Part shown: piece by piece, positions 34,706 to 45,086 of the stretch
How positions within the stretch are numbered: position 1 is the stretch's first letter
How the letters are laid out: every line of letters starts with the position of its first letter
Assembly (NCBI GenBank): GCA_965204725.1
Contig: OZ242005.1
Span: 5,088,001-5,152,000, forward strand
Reading direction: 5' to 3'
Length of the DNA stretch: 64,000 nucleotides
Origin: Candidatus Latescibacterota bacterium
GTDB taxonomy: Bacteria; Latescibacterota; UBA2968; UBA8231
Notes under the pieces: generated by a model
What the model saw: the letters and a program-made list of their open reading frames with translations, nothing else
Databases searched by the model: none
Told to the model about the DNA's origin: nothing
Made by a program: the position numbers and the translations under genes

Positions 34706-37700
34706 CTACACCGCGACCCTCGTCTCCGTATCCCCCGCTGTTAGCGCATTCATATACGCCAGCGTCATATCGCGGGTGCGGTATGTTCCGAAGGCGGCTT
34801 CGTCGTTGCGGCGGACGATGGGGAAGGTGTTGAGGATGTATTGGGCGTCGTCGCGCGACAGGCAGTAGAGGTGGAAGTAGAGGGCGTCGAGGCGGGCGCG
34901 TAGGTGGCGGCGTTCCTCTTCATCCCATGAGAAGGGCGGGCTGTCGTAGCCGAGGTCGCGGGCGAAAGGGGCCATGTCGTGGGCAGTGTACGTGAGGCGG
35001 AGGACGTGGTCGCGGATCAGGTCTCGGGCGGTTTTGTTGCCGAATTTTTGGTCGTATGCGTCGAGGGCGATGACGGGGAGTTGCTCGACGATGTACCAAT
35101 TCAGATGAGTGCCTTGAGCCTTCTGTCTCGCAACAAAGTCCACACATATAGCATTCAGGTTTGCCATGAGATACGCGGTGGCCATGGGGTCGGCACTGAG
35201 GAGTAGAGGCACCGTGTTTCCACAACCCGCCCATGGGACGATGGAAGCAATTACTGTTCTCTCATTTGTAGGATTGGTGATGTCGCGGAAACCCAATGCG
35301 TACCCGCGACTTTGGGGCAAAGCCGCCTCTACGTTGTGAGCCGGCACCCAATACTGTGTTTGGGGTAGGAAACTAGGGTCTGCGTGTTGCGCTTGGGTTA
35401 CTTCCTCGCTGAGATACGGGTTGTGTGTGCTCTCCGGGTTGACGCGAACCGAGTTGGCGCGGTGGTCAAAATGCCAGATCATCCGGCCCTGATACAGCGG
35501 CAAATACAGCTCCTGACCTTTCTTCCAGCGATTGCCCTCAACGGGATAGAAACCTTCTGCATTGAGTTGTTCCGCTGTCCTGAAGAGATGAGAGTCGTTG
35601 GCCATGTGAAACATCGTAGCGTACCGCACCGGCCACACGCGCTTTTCTTCGCCATCCGAACGATCCACTAGCACGGGATGCTGCTCGTAGATGCGGCGTG
35701 TGATCTCCGCGTCCCTCCGGCGGCGGAACACGGGCGCGGTGCCGGTATTCGGATTCACGCGGGCGAAGTCGTCCGGCGTCAGCGGGAAGCAGCGGTCTTT
35801 GTCATGGATCGTTTTCGTGTCGCGGAGGAAGAAGGCGCATTCAGTTTGGTCGAATCGGCGCTCTTCGCCGCCCAAGATGAGAGCGCAGAATTTGAAGGAT
35901 GCGTGAACATCCTTGAAGAAAATTTTCTTGTTCTCAAAATCGAACACGCCGCCCACCCGCCCTGTGGTTGAAACCGACTTAAAAAACCGGGCCGCAGTCT
36001 TGTCGGCGTAAATGCCCGACGGCGTCAACAAGCCGACAAAGCCATCCGGCTTCACCAAGCGTAGCGTCCGCTCGACGAACAGCGAATAGAGATTGATGTC
36101 GCCGCCACCCAACAGTGGGTAGTAGCCGGAGGTACGAACCACATGACCGAGCTTGTCGGAGTGTTCCTTGGCCGCGTCGAACTCAATGGCCAGTGGGTCG
36201 TCCTGTCGGCGGAGTTTCTGGATGGCCGTGCGTCGTATCGCTGCCGTCGGAGCACGGGCCAGTTCCGGGGCGCGACTGGCAAACCACTCAACCTCTTGCA
36301 ACTTGATGCGATCCCACGGCGGATTGCCGATGATGGCGTCGAAGCCGCCCTCTGGACACTTCGCTTGCCAGTGCTGCCACACGCCGGGGAACGCCACCTC
36401 CCAGTGCAAAAAGTGCTCGCGTTGAGCCGTAGCGCAGGCCTCATGCCATAACTCGGCGAAACCCAACCATGCCGCGTCGCTGGTGTCGGGCAAAAGCTCG
36501 TCTATGCGCTCCGGCCCCCGGGCGAGCAGGGTGTACGCACTGGCCTGCTGGCGGCCGAGGGTGGTAACCAGCGGCCCTTCCAAAGAAGCGAGGTTTTTCT
36601 TCGTCAGGCCAGCCGTTACCCAGCGCAAGCCGCATAGGAAATCCAGCAAGCCGCGCAGGTCGGCTGTCGTCGCCTCCACATGGCCGAACAGTGACGTGGA
36701 CTCGCGCACCTCGGCCACGTCGGTGTCGGACATTTCCTCAATGCGCTGCATTCCTCCGGTGGCGGCTTCGGCTCCGGCAATGGCACTGGTAGCGAACAAG
36801 CCGCCGAGCCGGTTCAACTCGTCCAGAGCGTCGGCAACGCGCAGGCCGATGAGTGAGTCGCCGCAACGCAGGTGGTGGTCGAGGAAAGACAGCGGTGCGC
36901 CTACGGTGAAGCTGTGTAGCCATAGCGACACTTTCGCCAATTCGACGGTGAGCGGGTTCTTATCGACACCATAGATGCAGCGTTTGAGGACCATGCGGCG
37001 GATAATGGCTTGGTCGGTGAGTTGAACCTCATCGAGAATCCAGTTGGACGCCTTGGCTTGTTGGAGGATGGCCTCGCGGGTCGCCGCCACCCGCTTGACT
37101 AACGGCGACACGTATTTGCCATCAAGCCAGTCAGGAATCGCTGGGACGCGCTCGACCAAGGCGGCGATGGCGTCGGCGAGGAAATCTACAGCGGTAACGA
37201 GGAAGTGGCCGCTGCCCATCGCAGGGTCCACGACCTTGAGGTGCAAAACCGCCTCGGCCGGATCGAGGGCTTCTAGCTCGGCCTTCCGCCTGTTCTTGGG
37301 ATGGCGAGTATCCTTGAGTTCGGCCGCCCTTGCTGCAAAGGCGGAGAACCGCTCGTCAATGAGGGGCTTGAGCGTCCGCTCCACGACCAGATCGACGAGG
37401 GCTTGCGGCGTGTAAAAACTGCCGCTGTCCTTACGGGCATAAGGGTTGGGGCGGATGACGATTTTGCCGCCGTTGTCGCGGACAGGTTCGCGTTCGAGGA
37501 GTTGTTCGTAAATGGATCCGAGTTGTTGTACGGACATGTCGCGGTAGTTGACAAAGCGAGACGTACCAGTGGTGTCGGTGTGGCTCATGTCGTAGATGAT
37601 CGGCGCGATGGCGGCGTCGGCGAGGCGAGTGGTTTCCAACAGCGGCGCGGCATCCGGTGCGAACAGGCCGCCGTTGTAGGGAGGCAGGCCAATGGCTTGG

Positions 37701-38716
37701 TCTCCTTGGTCGATGAGCCGGAACAGGTTAGCAAGGTGGTCGTAGTAGTTGGTCGCCAGCGTGGAGAACGGGTCGCGCTGGTTCATCCTCGCGGCAATGT
37801 CGTCTCGCACTCGTTTCCGCAAACCATAGTCGTCGTAGCGCGCATCGTGGACTGGCAGCAGCCCCCGGTCCTCGGCGTAGAGCACAAACAGCAAGCGGTA
37901 GAGGAAGATTAGCGCCGCATCCCGGCTCTCGGCGAGGCTTTGACCCGACGCCTCGGCCAGCGCATCGACGAGGCGGGGAAACACGCGCTCAAACACCACC
38001 CCGGAAAGGTCTTGCGCGACCTGTTCCTCATAGCGGCGTCCCTCGGCCAGTGCCGCTTCAAGGAACGTGACCGTGGACCCGTGCCGGAGAATGAAAGACT
38101 CGCGGCGGAACAGCAGGTGAAAGACGCGGAGATCGTCTTCGCGGTCGGGCGCGAGCAGGTCGCCCAAGTCGGCTTCAAAGTAGCCGCTGGCTCGCGGCCG
38201 GGCGCGGTAATCGTAGAGCCGCCAGACCCGGCCGTTGGTCAAGATGCCCCAGCGAATGCGCCCCTCCGACTCAATCTCAGCCGTCGCTAAGTATCGGAGA
38301 ATTTGGCCGTGCGGCGTTCCGCTCCGCTCCCGGCCGTCAAGGGAAAGCCCAAAGCGTTTGCTCTCTTCAACGACGGTGGCGTGACGAAGGCGATCGCCGG
38401 CATTGCGCTCGGCAGCGGCTTGCTGCTTGGCAGCGGCGTCGGCGAAAAGCAGATGGTCGGGAATGTCCTCGTTGTGCGCGACGCCCTGCTGCGGCAAATA
38501 ATCCGCCCATCCGAGCAACGCCAAAACCGGACGGATTAGGTCCTGCTCAGTGGCCGCTTCGTTAGGCTCTTGGGAACGGCTGAGAGCGTCGTACCGCTGT
38601 TGAACGCCACCCCTAAACGCAGCAAACGCCTCCGGCTGGGAGCAAGACGCTTGCCACTCCGCCGTGGCCTTTATGCCGTCAGTGAGAAAGTAATGGGTGA
38701 ACAATTGGCCGGGCAT
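34706..38716 (-). CDS. Type IIG (Eco57I-like) fused restriction-modification enzyme
   Basis: PD...EESK nuclease motif, ILTNG..WRLY, GSFYTP, DPAMGSGHFL, YGVD.N, GNPPW and a C-terminal target-recognition domain. Confidence 0.92.
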   Translation of the reverse strand: MPGQLFTHYFLTDGIKATAEWQASCSQPEAFAAFRGGVQQRYDALSRSQEPNEAATEQDLIRPVLALLGWADYLPQQGVAHNEDIPDHLLFADAAAKQQAAAERNAGDRLRHATVVEESKRFGLSLDGRERSGTPHGQILRYLATAEIESEGRIRWGILTNGRVWRLYDYRARPRASGYFEADLGDLLAPDREDDLRVFHLLFRRESFILRHGSTVTFLEAALAEGRRYEEQVAQDLSGVVFERVFPRLVDALAEASGQSLAESRDAALIFLYRLLFVLYAEDRGLLPVHDARYDDYGLRKRVRDDIAARMNQRDPFSTLATNYYDHLANLFRLIDQGDQAIGLPPYNGGLFAPDAAPLLETTRLADAAIAPIIYDMSHTDTTGTSRFVNYRDMSVQQLGSIYEQLLEREPVRDNGGKIVIRPNPYARKDSGSFYTPQALVDLVVERTLKPLIDERFSAFAARAAELKDTRHPKNRRKAELEALDPAEAVLHLKVVDPAMGSGHFLVTAVDFLADAIAALVERVPAIPDWLDGKYVSPLVKRVAATREAILQQAKASNWILDEVQLTDQAIIRRMVLKRCIYGVDKNPLTVELAKVSLWLHSFTVGAPLSFLDHHLRCGDSLIGLRVADALDELNRLGGLFATSAIAGAEAATGGMQRIEEMSDTDVAEVRESTSLFGHVEATTADLRGLLDFLCGLRWVTAGLTKKNLASLEGPLVTTLGRQQASAYTLLARGPERIDELLPDTSDAAWLGFAELWHEACATAQREHFLHWEVAFPGVWQHWQAKCPEGGFDAIIGNPPWDRIKLQEVEWFASRAPELARAPTAAIRRTAIQKLRRQDDPLAIEFDAAKEHSDKLGHVVRTSGYYPLLGGGDINLYSLFVERTLRLVKPDGFVGLLTPSGIYADKTAARFFKSVSTTGRVGGVFDFENKKIFFKDVHASFKFCALILGGEERRFDQTECAFFLRDTKTIHDKDRCFPLTPDDFARVNPNTGTAPVFRRRRDAEITRRIYEQHPVLVDRSDGEEKRVWPVRYATMFHMANDSHLFRTAEQLNAEGFYPVEGNRWKKGQELYLPLYQGRMIWHFDHRANSVRVNPESTHNPYLSEEVTQAQHADPSFLPQTQYWVPAHNVEAALPQSRGYALGFRDITNPTNERTVIASIVPWAGCGNTVPLLLSADPMATAYLMANLNAICVDFVARQKAQGTHLNWYIVEQLPVIALDAYDQKFGNKTARDLIRDHVLRLTYTAHDMAPFARDLGYDSPPFSWDEEERRHLRARLDALYFHLYCLSRDDAQYILNTFPIVRRNDEAAFGTYRTRDMTLAYMNALTAGDTETRVAV

Positions 38717-38740
38717 ATCCAATCCTCTTAGCTGAACTCC

Positions 38741-39529
38741 TTATTCCTCAACCTCGGCCCACGCGCCCTTGGCCATCAGCCCGCCGTCAACACAGACGTT
38801 CTCGCCGGTCATAAACGATGCCTTGTCGCTGGCTAAGAACAGCATGGCGTTGGCGATGTCCGCTGGCTGGCCGTAGCGGCCGAGCGGATGGATTTTGGCG
38901 TAGTCCTTGAAGAATTGCTCGCGCTCGTGGCCGAATGCCTCGATAACCTCATCGACTAACGGCGTCTGGATGCCCCCCGGATTGACCGCTAAAACCCGAA
39001 TTCCGTGCTGGGCGTAGTCGAGCGCGAGTTGCCGAGTCAGGGAGATGATCCCGCCCTTGCTGGCAGCATAAGCCGAAACCATCGAAGCCGACTGCAACCC
39101 TTGGACGCTGGCCGTGTTGATGATGACGCCCTTGCGCTGCTCCATCATCTGCGGCAGGCAGTGCCGCGCCATCAGGAAAAAGCTCTTCAGGTTGACGTCG
39201 ATGATCCGGTCCCACATTTCCACCGGCAACTCGTGGGCCGGCAAATAGCTGGGCACGGGCTGGATGCCGACGTTGTTGCACAACACGTCAATGCGGCCCC
39301 ACTCGTCGAGAATCTGTCCCACGGTCTGGGCGCAAACCTCGTCGTTGGCTACGTCGGCCGCAAAAAAGCGGATTAGGCCCTCTTCTTTGGCCAACGCCGC
39401 GCCCGCCTCCGCGTCTATGTCCAACGCTGCGACCTTGGCCCCCTCGCCGGCGAACGCCCGCGAAATCCCCGCGCCAATGCCCTTGGCGCCGCCGGTTACG
39501 ATTACTACTTGGCCCGTAAAATCAGCCAT
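38741..39529 (-). CDS. SDR family oxidoreductase
   Basis: TGGAKGIG, NNVG, YAASK and DGG motifs. Confidence 0.92.
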   Translation of the reverse strand: MADFTGQVVIVTGGAKGIGAGISRAFAGEGAKVAALDIDAEAGAALAKEEGLIRFFAADVANDEVCAQTVGQILDEWGRIDVLCNNVGIQPVPSYLPAHELPVEMWDRIIDVNLKSFFLMARHCLPQMMEQRKGVIINTASVQGLQSASMVSAYAASKGGIISLTRQLALDYAQHGIRVLAVNPGGIQTPLVDEVIEAFGHEREQFFKDYAKIHPLGRYGQPADIANAMLFLASDKASFMTGENVCVDGGLMAKGAWAEVEE

Positions 39530-39547
39530 GACAATCTCCTTTGTGGT

Positions 39548-40600
39548 TTAATGAAATTTCTTCAATTTACAACAAAACGCCCGTTGCCCCAGCACCTCAA
39601 CCGGGAACACGCGCTCCATGTACAGCGCCGGCCACGCGCCGAATGCGTCGGCCAGCAGTGTGCGCTCGCTGGTCAGGCATACGGCCACGCCACCGGCCTT
39701 TAGCACTCTGGCCACCTCACGGGCAAACCCCTCGTAGAGCGACCGCAGTGCTTGCGGCTCGCCGATTTTTTTGCCAAAAGGCAAGTTGCACACCACCCGA
39801 TCGACGCTGCCGTCGCCCAAGGGCAAATCCCGCGCATCCCATTGGCGGATGGCGATCGGCTTATAGCGCGGGCCGATGTTGGTACGAGCGGCAGCCACAG
39901 CGGCCGGGGACATGTCGCCGCCCAAGAGCTGGGCATAGCGACCGCATAGCCCTCGCTCGATGAGGATGGTCCCAGCCCCGCACATCGGATCGACGAAGAC
40001 GTCGCTGTCGGCTGGCTCGGATAGCATTACCAAGGCCCGCGCCACGGTCGGTCGCAACGAAGCCTCCACTTGCGCGACCTTGTAGGTGCGGTGGCGCATG
40101 GTCTCGTCGGAAAGGCGCACCCCGCACAGCAGCTCGCCGGCGACCTCCAAGCCCCACACCTCCAACAGGGCGTGCTCGGCCTTGTACTTCCAGCGCGGGA
40201 AACGCCACGCTACGGCTTGCTGCAAGGCGCGGCGCATCTCTTGGCGCGCATAGCGCTGCTGTCCGCCGCGACGCTGGGCCACTATTCGGTAGGTGATGCG
40301 CTTGATTCGCTTGGGGCGAGCGCGGCGGTGCGCCCCCACGGCCTCGGCAAAAAGCGGAGACTCAGCGACGAGTGCGCCGGCTTGGGCCAAGCCCTCGCGC
40401 GCCGCGCCCACCGGGCCGCGCACGACCAGCGCGAATATATCTTCGGTCGTTCCCAAGGAGAGCAGGGCCGGCGGCGGAGCATCCGTCGCAAAGAATACCA
40501 CGCCGCGCTGCTGGCCCTGCCGCTGGCCCCCCACGCACGCCGCGATTTCTCGTTGGGCGATCTGCTCTAGCCCAGGGGCGACGAATGCGTAGAATTGCAC
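39548..40600 (-). CDS. THUMP-domain RNA methyltransferase (Trm11/Trm14/RlmL-like)
   Basis: PGLE, HR.Y, SLRPT.A, DPMCGAGTI.IE and NLPFG motifs. Confidence 0.85.
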   Translation of the reverse strand: MQFYAFVAPGLEQIAQREIAACVGGQRQGQQRGVVFFATDAPPPALLSLGTTEDIFALVVRGPVGAAREGLAQAGALVAESPLFAEAVGAHRRARPKRIKRITYRIVAQRRGGQQRYARQEMRRALQQAVAWRFPRWKYKAEHALLEVWGLEVAGELLCGVRLSDETMRHRTYKVAQVEASLRPTVARALVMLSEPADSDVFVDPMCGAGTILIERGLCGRYAQLLGGDMSPAAVAAARTNIGPRYKPIAIRQWDARDLPLGDGSVDRVVCNLPFGKKIGEPQALRSLYEGFAREVARVLKAGGVAVCLTSERTLLADAFGAWPALYMERVFPVEVLGQRAFCCKLKKFH

Positions 40601-40604
40601 GGCC

Positions 40605-41366
40605 CTATTCGTAGAGGTCGTTTAGATCGGCCGCGGCGAGCTCGACCAAAAACTCGGCGAGCTGCGCTGCCACTTGCTCCAAGCAGCGGCGGCCCTTTTC
40701 CGGGGTGGCTTGGCGCGGGTCGCCAATGCCTGTGTCGTCGGTCGCCTGCGTCCAGTCGCGCTGGGTCCAGACCCAGCCTTCCCGCAGCGCGGCCATCTTA
40801 AACTTGTGCTCGCGGCCGCTACCCGCCTCCGACAGGGGCCGCACCCAATCCGGCCGCAAGTACTGCATGAGGCTGGTTTCCATTTCGTTGGCGTGGTCGC
40901 CGCCGGCCGCGAAAAGCCCGGTATCGACGATGCGATACCAATCCATGCAGCAAATAAAAATCGCATGGCGCGGCAAAAGCTCCCGCACCATCTGCTTGAA
41001 GTCGTTGCCACCGTGGCCGTTTACAATGAGCAGTTTGGGGATGCCCTGATGGGCGAGGGCCTCGACCAAGTCGCGCAGGACCGCGAGTTGGGTCGAGGGA
41101 TTGATATTGAGGTCCAGCTTGATGTCGAGTTGGCCGGTGTTGACCCCAAAGGGCACGGTCGGCAAGACGATGACCTGAGCGGCTTGCTCCCAAGCGATGC
41201 CGGCCGCGGCCGCCGCGATTTCGTCGCACTGAACCACGTCGGTCGAATAGGGCAGGTGGTAATTGTGGGCTTCCGTAGCCCCCCACGGCAGGATCGCCAC
41301 CTCATACGGGGTTTGCGCTACGGTCTGCCAATTGGTCTCGGCGAGGATGTAGGGTCGGCCGGGCAT
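40605..41366 (-). CDS. Creatininase family protein
   Basis: LPWGATEAHNYHLP..TD, NGHGGN and DHANEMETS; start coupled to the thpR stop (TAATG). Confidence 0.9.
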   Translation of the reverse strand: MPGRPYILAETNWQTVAQTPYEVAILPWGATEAHNYHLPYSTDVVQCDEIAAAAAGIAWEQAAQVIVLPTVPFGVNTGQLDIKLDLNINPSTQLAVLRDLVEALAHQGIPKLLIVNGHGGNDFKQMVRELLPRHAIFICCMDWYRIVDTGLFAAGGDHANEMETSLMQYLRPDWVRPLSEAGSGREHKFKMAALREGWVWTQRDWTQATDDTGIGDPRQATPEKGRRCLEQVAAQLAEFLVELAAADLNDLYE

Positions 41367-41914
41367 TATAATAGTACCGCTCGGTGCAGGGGCCGGTACA
41401 CCGCTCCGCTCGGCTTGAGGATGCTTTCGATCAGTTCCATCGCCTCCACCGGAACCTGCAATCGCGGCAGGTCGCCGCTCCCCTTGCCGCTGGGCGGGCG
41501 CACCCCGGCCCGCACCCGACCGAGCGTCACGTGCGGGCGGAAGTCCCGTTCCTCCCGCGCCCAACCCGCAGCGTACACCACCGCTTCAACATCCCGTTGC
41601 AACGCCCCCAACCGTCCGTCCGCGTCGGCCACGCCGGCCCAAACGACCTTGGGCTGGCGGCGATTGGGAAAGCAGCCGCTCTGCCCAACCGACGTGACAA
41701 ACCCTGTGTGCCGGGCGGCAACCGCGGTCAGCCCCTGCCTCAGCGCGGCGATTTGTGCGTCCTCAGCCGCGCCGAGAAAGCGCAGCGTCAGATGGAGGTT
41801 TTCCGGCCGCACCCAAGCCACGCTCTGTGCCGGCCACAACGGCCGCAGCGCGTCGCTCAGCTTCCCTAGCACGGCCGGCAGCCGGATGGCGACAAAGGCG
41901 CGTTTAACGGGCAC
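41366..41914 (-). CDS. thpR: RNA 2',3'-cyclic phosphodiesterase
   Basis: RAFVAI start and the two 2H motifs HLTL and HVTL. Confidence 0.9.
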   Translation of the reverse strand: MPVKRAFVAIRLPAVLGKLSDALRPLWPAQSVAWVRPENLHLTLRFLGAAEDAQIAALRQGLTAVAARHTGFVTSVGQSGCFPNRRQPKVVWAGVADADGRLGALQRDVEAVVYAAGWAREERDFRPHVTLGRVRAGVRPPSGKGSGDLPRLQVPVEAMELIESILKPSGAVYRPLHRAVLL

Positions 41915-42704
41915 CGCAAGCCCGCAAACAGGCGTTTAAGTACCCCCGGCTCTCGGCCGCAATCGTCGCCACCTGTCCCAAGTCGTACTCCCTCGCGCCG
42001 ATCACTTCTAGGTTGGCCGCCACGTCTAGGCCGTTGTCGTGCAGCACTTTGACGTATCCGAACAAGTCGATATCGCCGCGCCCACACGCTTGCAATTCCG
42101 GTTCGCCCGGCCCGCCGGCTGCCACCGCGCAATCCCGGATATGTACGTGCTTGACCCGCGCAATAACCGCTGCTAGGGCCTCTACCGCATTCTCCCCCGC
42201 CCGATGGATGTGGCTCGGATCCATATCGACGCCAAACCCCGGCGAGTCAATTCGCTCCATCGCCCGCAACGTGGTCGGCGTATCGTAGATGCACTGCCCC
42301 ACGTGCGCCTTGACGCACAGCGTTACGCCGTGTTCGTGTGCCCTATCGGCCATTTTGGCCAACAGCGCGACCTGCCGGTCGAAATCTTCCTCCACATCGC
42401 TTTTGCCCCCCGGGCCGACGTTGACGACCGGAATGCCGATTTCAGCACCGGCCGCAAACGCCTGCATCAAGCGCTCTTCGTCGAGCGCCGCTTCTTCCAT
42501 CGCCAGCAATTTTAGCTCGTATTTTTCCGCTAGTTCCTTGATTTGGTTGGCCTGCGCCGACCAGTTGTCCAACTCCAAGTGCTCGCACATGCCCTTGATC
42601 GCCGCGAGCTCGACGCCGTCGTAGCCAGCGAGGTGGATATGGCGCATCGCCGTTTCTAAATCGAATCCGGCAAAGAGCACCGAATTGGCCCCTAAATGAA
42701 TCAT
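41904..42704 (-). CDS. Sugar phosphate isomerase/epimerase (xylose-isomerase-like TIM barrel)
   Basis: GYDGVEL, D.SH, HVHIRD, G.G.ID and LE motifs. Confidence 0.85.
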   Translation of the reverse strand: MIHLGANSVLFAGFDLETAMRHIHLAGYDGVELAAIKGMCEHLELDNWSAQANQIKELAEKYELKLLAMEEAALDEERLMQAFAAGAEIGIPVVNVGPGGKSDVEEDFDRQVALLAKMADRAHEHGVTLCVKAHVGQCIYDTPTTLRAMERIDSPGFGVDMDPSHIHRAGENAVEALAAVIARVKHVHIRDCAVAAGGPGEPELQACGRGDIDLFGYVKVLHDNGLDVAANLEVIGAREYDLGQVATIAAESRGYLNACLRACGAR

Positions 42705-42761
42705 TTTAGCAAACTCCTCTTGGGTGATAAGCAATTGATTTTACTGAATTACCGAGCGGCT

Positions 42762-42790
42762 AGTATAGGGCGGTGAAAAAGGGGCGTCAA
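42762..42790 (-). promoter_or_regulatory. Sigma70 promoter for the 42704-38741 operon
   Basis: Minus strand TTGACG, 17 bp, TATACT. Confidence 0.7.
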
Positions 42791-42925
42791 GCGACTGTAG
42801 GGAGAATGCTTGACGGGGTTTGGCCGTTGGTATTTCATCTGTTAATAAAAACCATCGGAGGGTTTTTCTGGGATGGCGTAGTTTCGTCCAGACCTCGGCC
42901 AGACTCTGTTGGTCTAGATATACCG

Positions 42926-43228
42926 CTACGCATTTACCTTATCGAGATCGCGCACCTTGCGCGTAGTGATTTTGAAATCATGCCCCAAGGCACCGAGGAT
43001 ATTGAAAAGTACATCGAAGCTAATTTTTCCGATCTTGGTTCTATTTTCGATCTGGGCAATGCGCGGTTGGGAGACGCCGACCATCTCGGCCAATTGGCCT
43101 TGCGTCAAGCCAAGCCGCTTTCTACTCTGCACGATCTTTGCGATGAGCTGTTCCTTCTGGCGTAGTTCGTTGATATTGACGCCGAGTTCCTCTGCCCATT
43201 GCTCAATGTTTACCTTTTCCCAAGACAT
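42926..43228 (-). CDS. HTH (XRE) antitoxin, HigA-like
   Basis: RKRLGLTQGQLAEMVGVSQPRIAQIEN; lies downstream of a RelE-like toxin. Confidence 0.85.
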   Translation of the reverse strand: MSWEKVNIEQWAEELGVNINELRQKEQLIAKIVQSRKRLGLTQGQLAEMVGVSQPRIAQIENRTKIGKISFDVLFNILGALGHDFKITTRKVRDLDKVNA

Positions 43229-43230
43229 TT

Positions 43231-43563
43231 TCAAATCTCCTTCAGTCTGCTGAGAATAAGCCGTCTATCCTTATCGGGAATGGTTTTGGTCTTTTTTTGA
43301 AGCACATGAACCAGATAAATCGCATCCCCGCGTTTGATAAAATAGAAGACTCGATAGATATTACGCCGTTCTTTGAAGCGCAGTTCGTGTAAACCGAGAG
43401 CAATATTGAACAGCGGCTTGCTCAACGGCATCTCTAGAATTTCCCCCTGCCTCAGCCGATCAAGTGCCAAGAAGAAATCCTCCTGTAGGCTTTGAGATAA
43501 TCCCTCGACAAATTTCTCGACCGGCGAATTGCCTGAAGCAGTGGTATAGTAGAGGATTTCCAT
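43231..43563 (-). CDS. RelE/HigB-family toxin (Gp49/DUF891-like)
   Basis: Y.T..G.SPVEKF, GLHELR, YRVFY and LVH...KKT motifs. Confidence 0.85.
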   Translation of the reverse strand: MEILYYTTASGNSPVEKFVEGLSQSLQEDFFLALDRLRQGEILEMPLSKPLFNIALGLHELRFKERRNIYRVFYFIKRGDAIYLVHVLQKKTKTIPDKDRRLILSRLKEI

Positions 43564-43569
43564 CCTTGA

Positions 43570-43598
43570 ATTATAAGCTGTGTATTATAATCGATCAA
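43570..43598 (-). promoter_or_regulatory. TA promoter with palindromic operator
   Basis: Minus strand TTGATC, 17 bp, TATAAT. The inverted repeat ATTATAA-N8-TTATAAT (43570-43591) overlaps the -10. Confidence 0.6.
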
Positions 43599-43628
43599 CA
43601 GAGCCTGCTAGGGCTGAAAGGGGGTCTT

Positions 43629-43748
43629 TCCATCCCGCACTCCACCGCTTGCCCGCTGCACATTCGTATAGTATATTCTTTGTTTTCGTTCCCCTCCCCT
43701 CGCGCTACACGAAGCCATGGAAACCCGAGATATCGTCGTCTGCGGTGC
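43629..43748 (+). repeat. Copy 1 of a 120-bp direct repeat (uvrA promoter plus first ~11 codons)
   Basis: Matches 45106-45225 at offset 1477 with 5 C/T mismatches; contains TTGCCC-17-TATATT and ATGGAAACCCGAGATATC. Confidence 0.95.
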
Positions 43749-43880
43749 TGGGACAGAATGGTTCCTCACTCATCTGAAGTTCCTCGACTCGACTGCCGAA
43801 CTACTCGGCCTCAAGACCCACTTCGCAATCGACGACTCGGACAGCGATTAGAACGCACTAAATCTAACGGGAGTATTGCC

Positions 43881-45086
43881 GTGGTCATCGAAGAAATTCG
43901 CATCCGAAACTTTAAGGCGTTAAGAGATGTTCAGCTAAAGAACCTGCCTGCACTGGCGGTGTTTATCGGCAAAAACGGGACCGGCAAAACCACCTTGTTT
44001 CGCGTTTTTGCGTTTCTGAAAAACTGTTTGTCCGACAACGTCCGCATTGCGTTGCAAAACGAAGGCGGATTCAGAGGGTTCAAGGAAGTTATTACGCGCG
44101 ATGTGGACCCCGCGGAAAGCATTGTCATCGAATTCAAGTTTCGCTTGACGATAGCAGAAAAAGAGCGCCTTGTGACCTACCATTTGGAAATCGGCTTACA
44201 AGACGAAAAACCAATCGTGCGCCGCGAGGTACTGCGCTATAAACGGTCCTCTTATGGCAAGCCTTTTCACTTTCTCGACTTTTTCGCCGGCAGAGGCAAA
44301 GCCGTCAGTAACGAAGAAGATTTTAGCAAACCCGACGCCGAACTCACGCGAGAGGAACAAGTGGTTGCCCCCGACGTGTTGGCGATTGGCGGCCTCGGGC
44401 AATTGGAGCGTTTCAAGGCGGCGAAAGAACTCCGCGACCTAATCGAAAACTGGCATATTTCGGATTTTCACATCAGCCAAGCACGCGGTAAGAAAAGCCA
44501 TCAAGAGGGCCTCCACCTCTCCAGCTCAGGGGATAACTTACCTTCGGTTGCTTTCCAATTGAGAGAAGACCATCCAGATATTTTTGCGACCGTCCTACAA
44601 AAAATGCGCGACAGGGTGCCGGGCGTCTCGGATATTGAGGCCAAAGTCGGCGACGATGGGAGCTTGCTAATCCGCTACGCCGATGGTGCTTTCAAAGACC
44701 CTTTCTTGGACTTCAATGTCTCCGACGGCACCATCAAAATGTTTGCTTACATGTTGCTGTTGCACGAGCCTAAACCACACAAAGTTCTCTGCGTCGAAGA
44801 ACCTGAAAACCAGCTATATCCACTACTAATGAGTTTGCTTGCAGAAGAATTTGCAGAGTACGCCCATAGAGGCGGGCAGGTGTTCGTCTCCACGCACTCG
44901 CCGCAGTTTCTAAACGCCATACCGCTAGAAAACCTGTATTACATAGAGAAAATCGACGGTACATCGGTCATTGCCCCCTTTACCGACGATCCACTAAGCA
45001 GAAGCCAAATGGAGGCCGGAGATAAAGCCGGCTATCTGTGGGAACAGGGTCTGCTCACCGGCTTCGGCGAAAGGGCTACAACGTGA
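43881..45086 (+). CDS. AAA_21 ABC-type ATPase (orphan)
   Basis: NFKAL, GKNGTGKT, VSDGT, VEEPEN.L.P and STHSP; GTG start after GGGAG. Confidence 0.85.
   Translation: MVIEEIRIRNFKALRDVQLKNLPALAVFIGKNGTGKTTLFRVFAFLKNCLSDNVRIALQNEGGFRGFKEVITRDVDPAESIVIEFKFRLTIAEKERLVTYHLEIGLQDEKPIVRREVLRYKRSSYGKPFHFLDFFAGRGKAVSNEEDFSKPDAELTREEQVVAPDVLAIGGLGQLERFKAAKELRDLIENWHISDFHISQARGKKSHQEGLHLSSSGDNLPSVAFQLREDHPDIFATVLQKMRDRVPGVSDIEAKVGDDGSLLIRYADGAFKDPFLDFNVSDGTIKMFAYMLLLHEPKPHKVLCVEEPENQLYPLLMSLLAEEFAEYAHRGGQVFVSTHSPQFLNAIPLENLYYIEKIDGTSVIAPFTDDPLSRSQMEAGDKAGYLWEQGLLTGFGERATT

Noticed and set aside
40674-41939. 421-aa plus-strand ORF and the many similar long overlapping ORFs in GC-rich genes
   Set aside because: Antisense or alternative-frame shadows expected at high GC; they contain no motifs.
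43464-43880. N-terminal extension of the 540-aa ATPase ORF
   Set aside because: It overlaps the toxin gene, its promoter and the uvrA repeat. The ATPase homology begins at GTG 43881.
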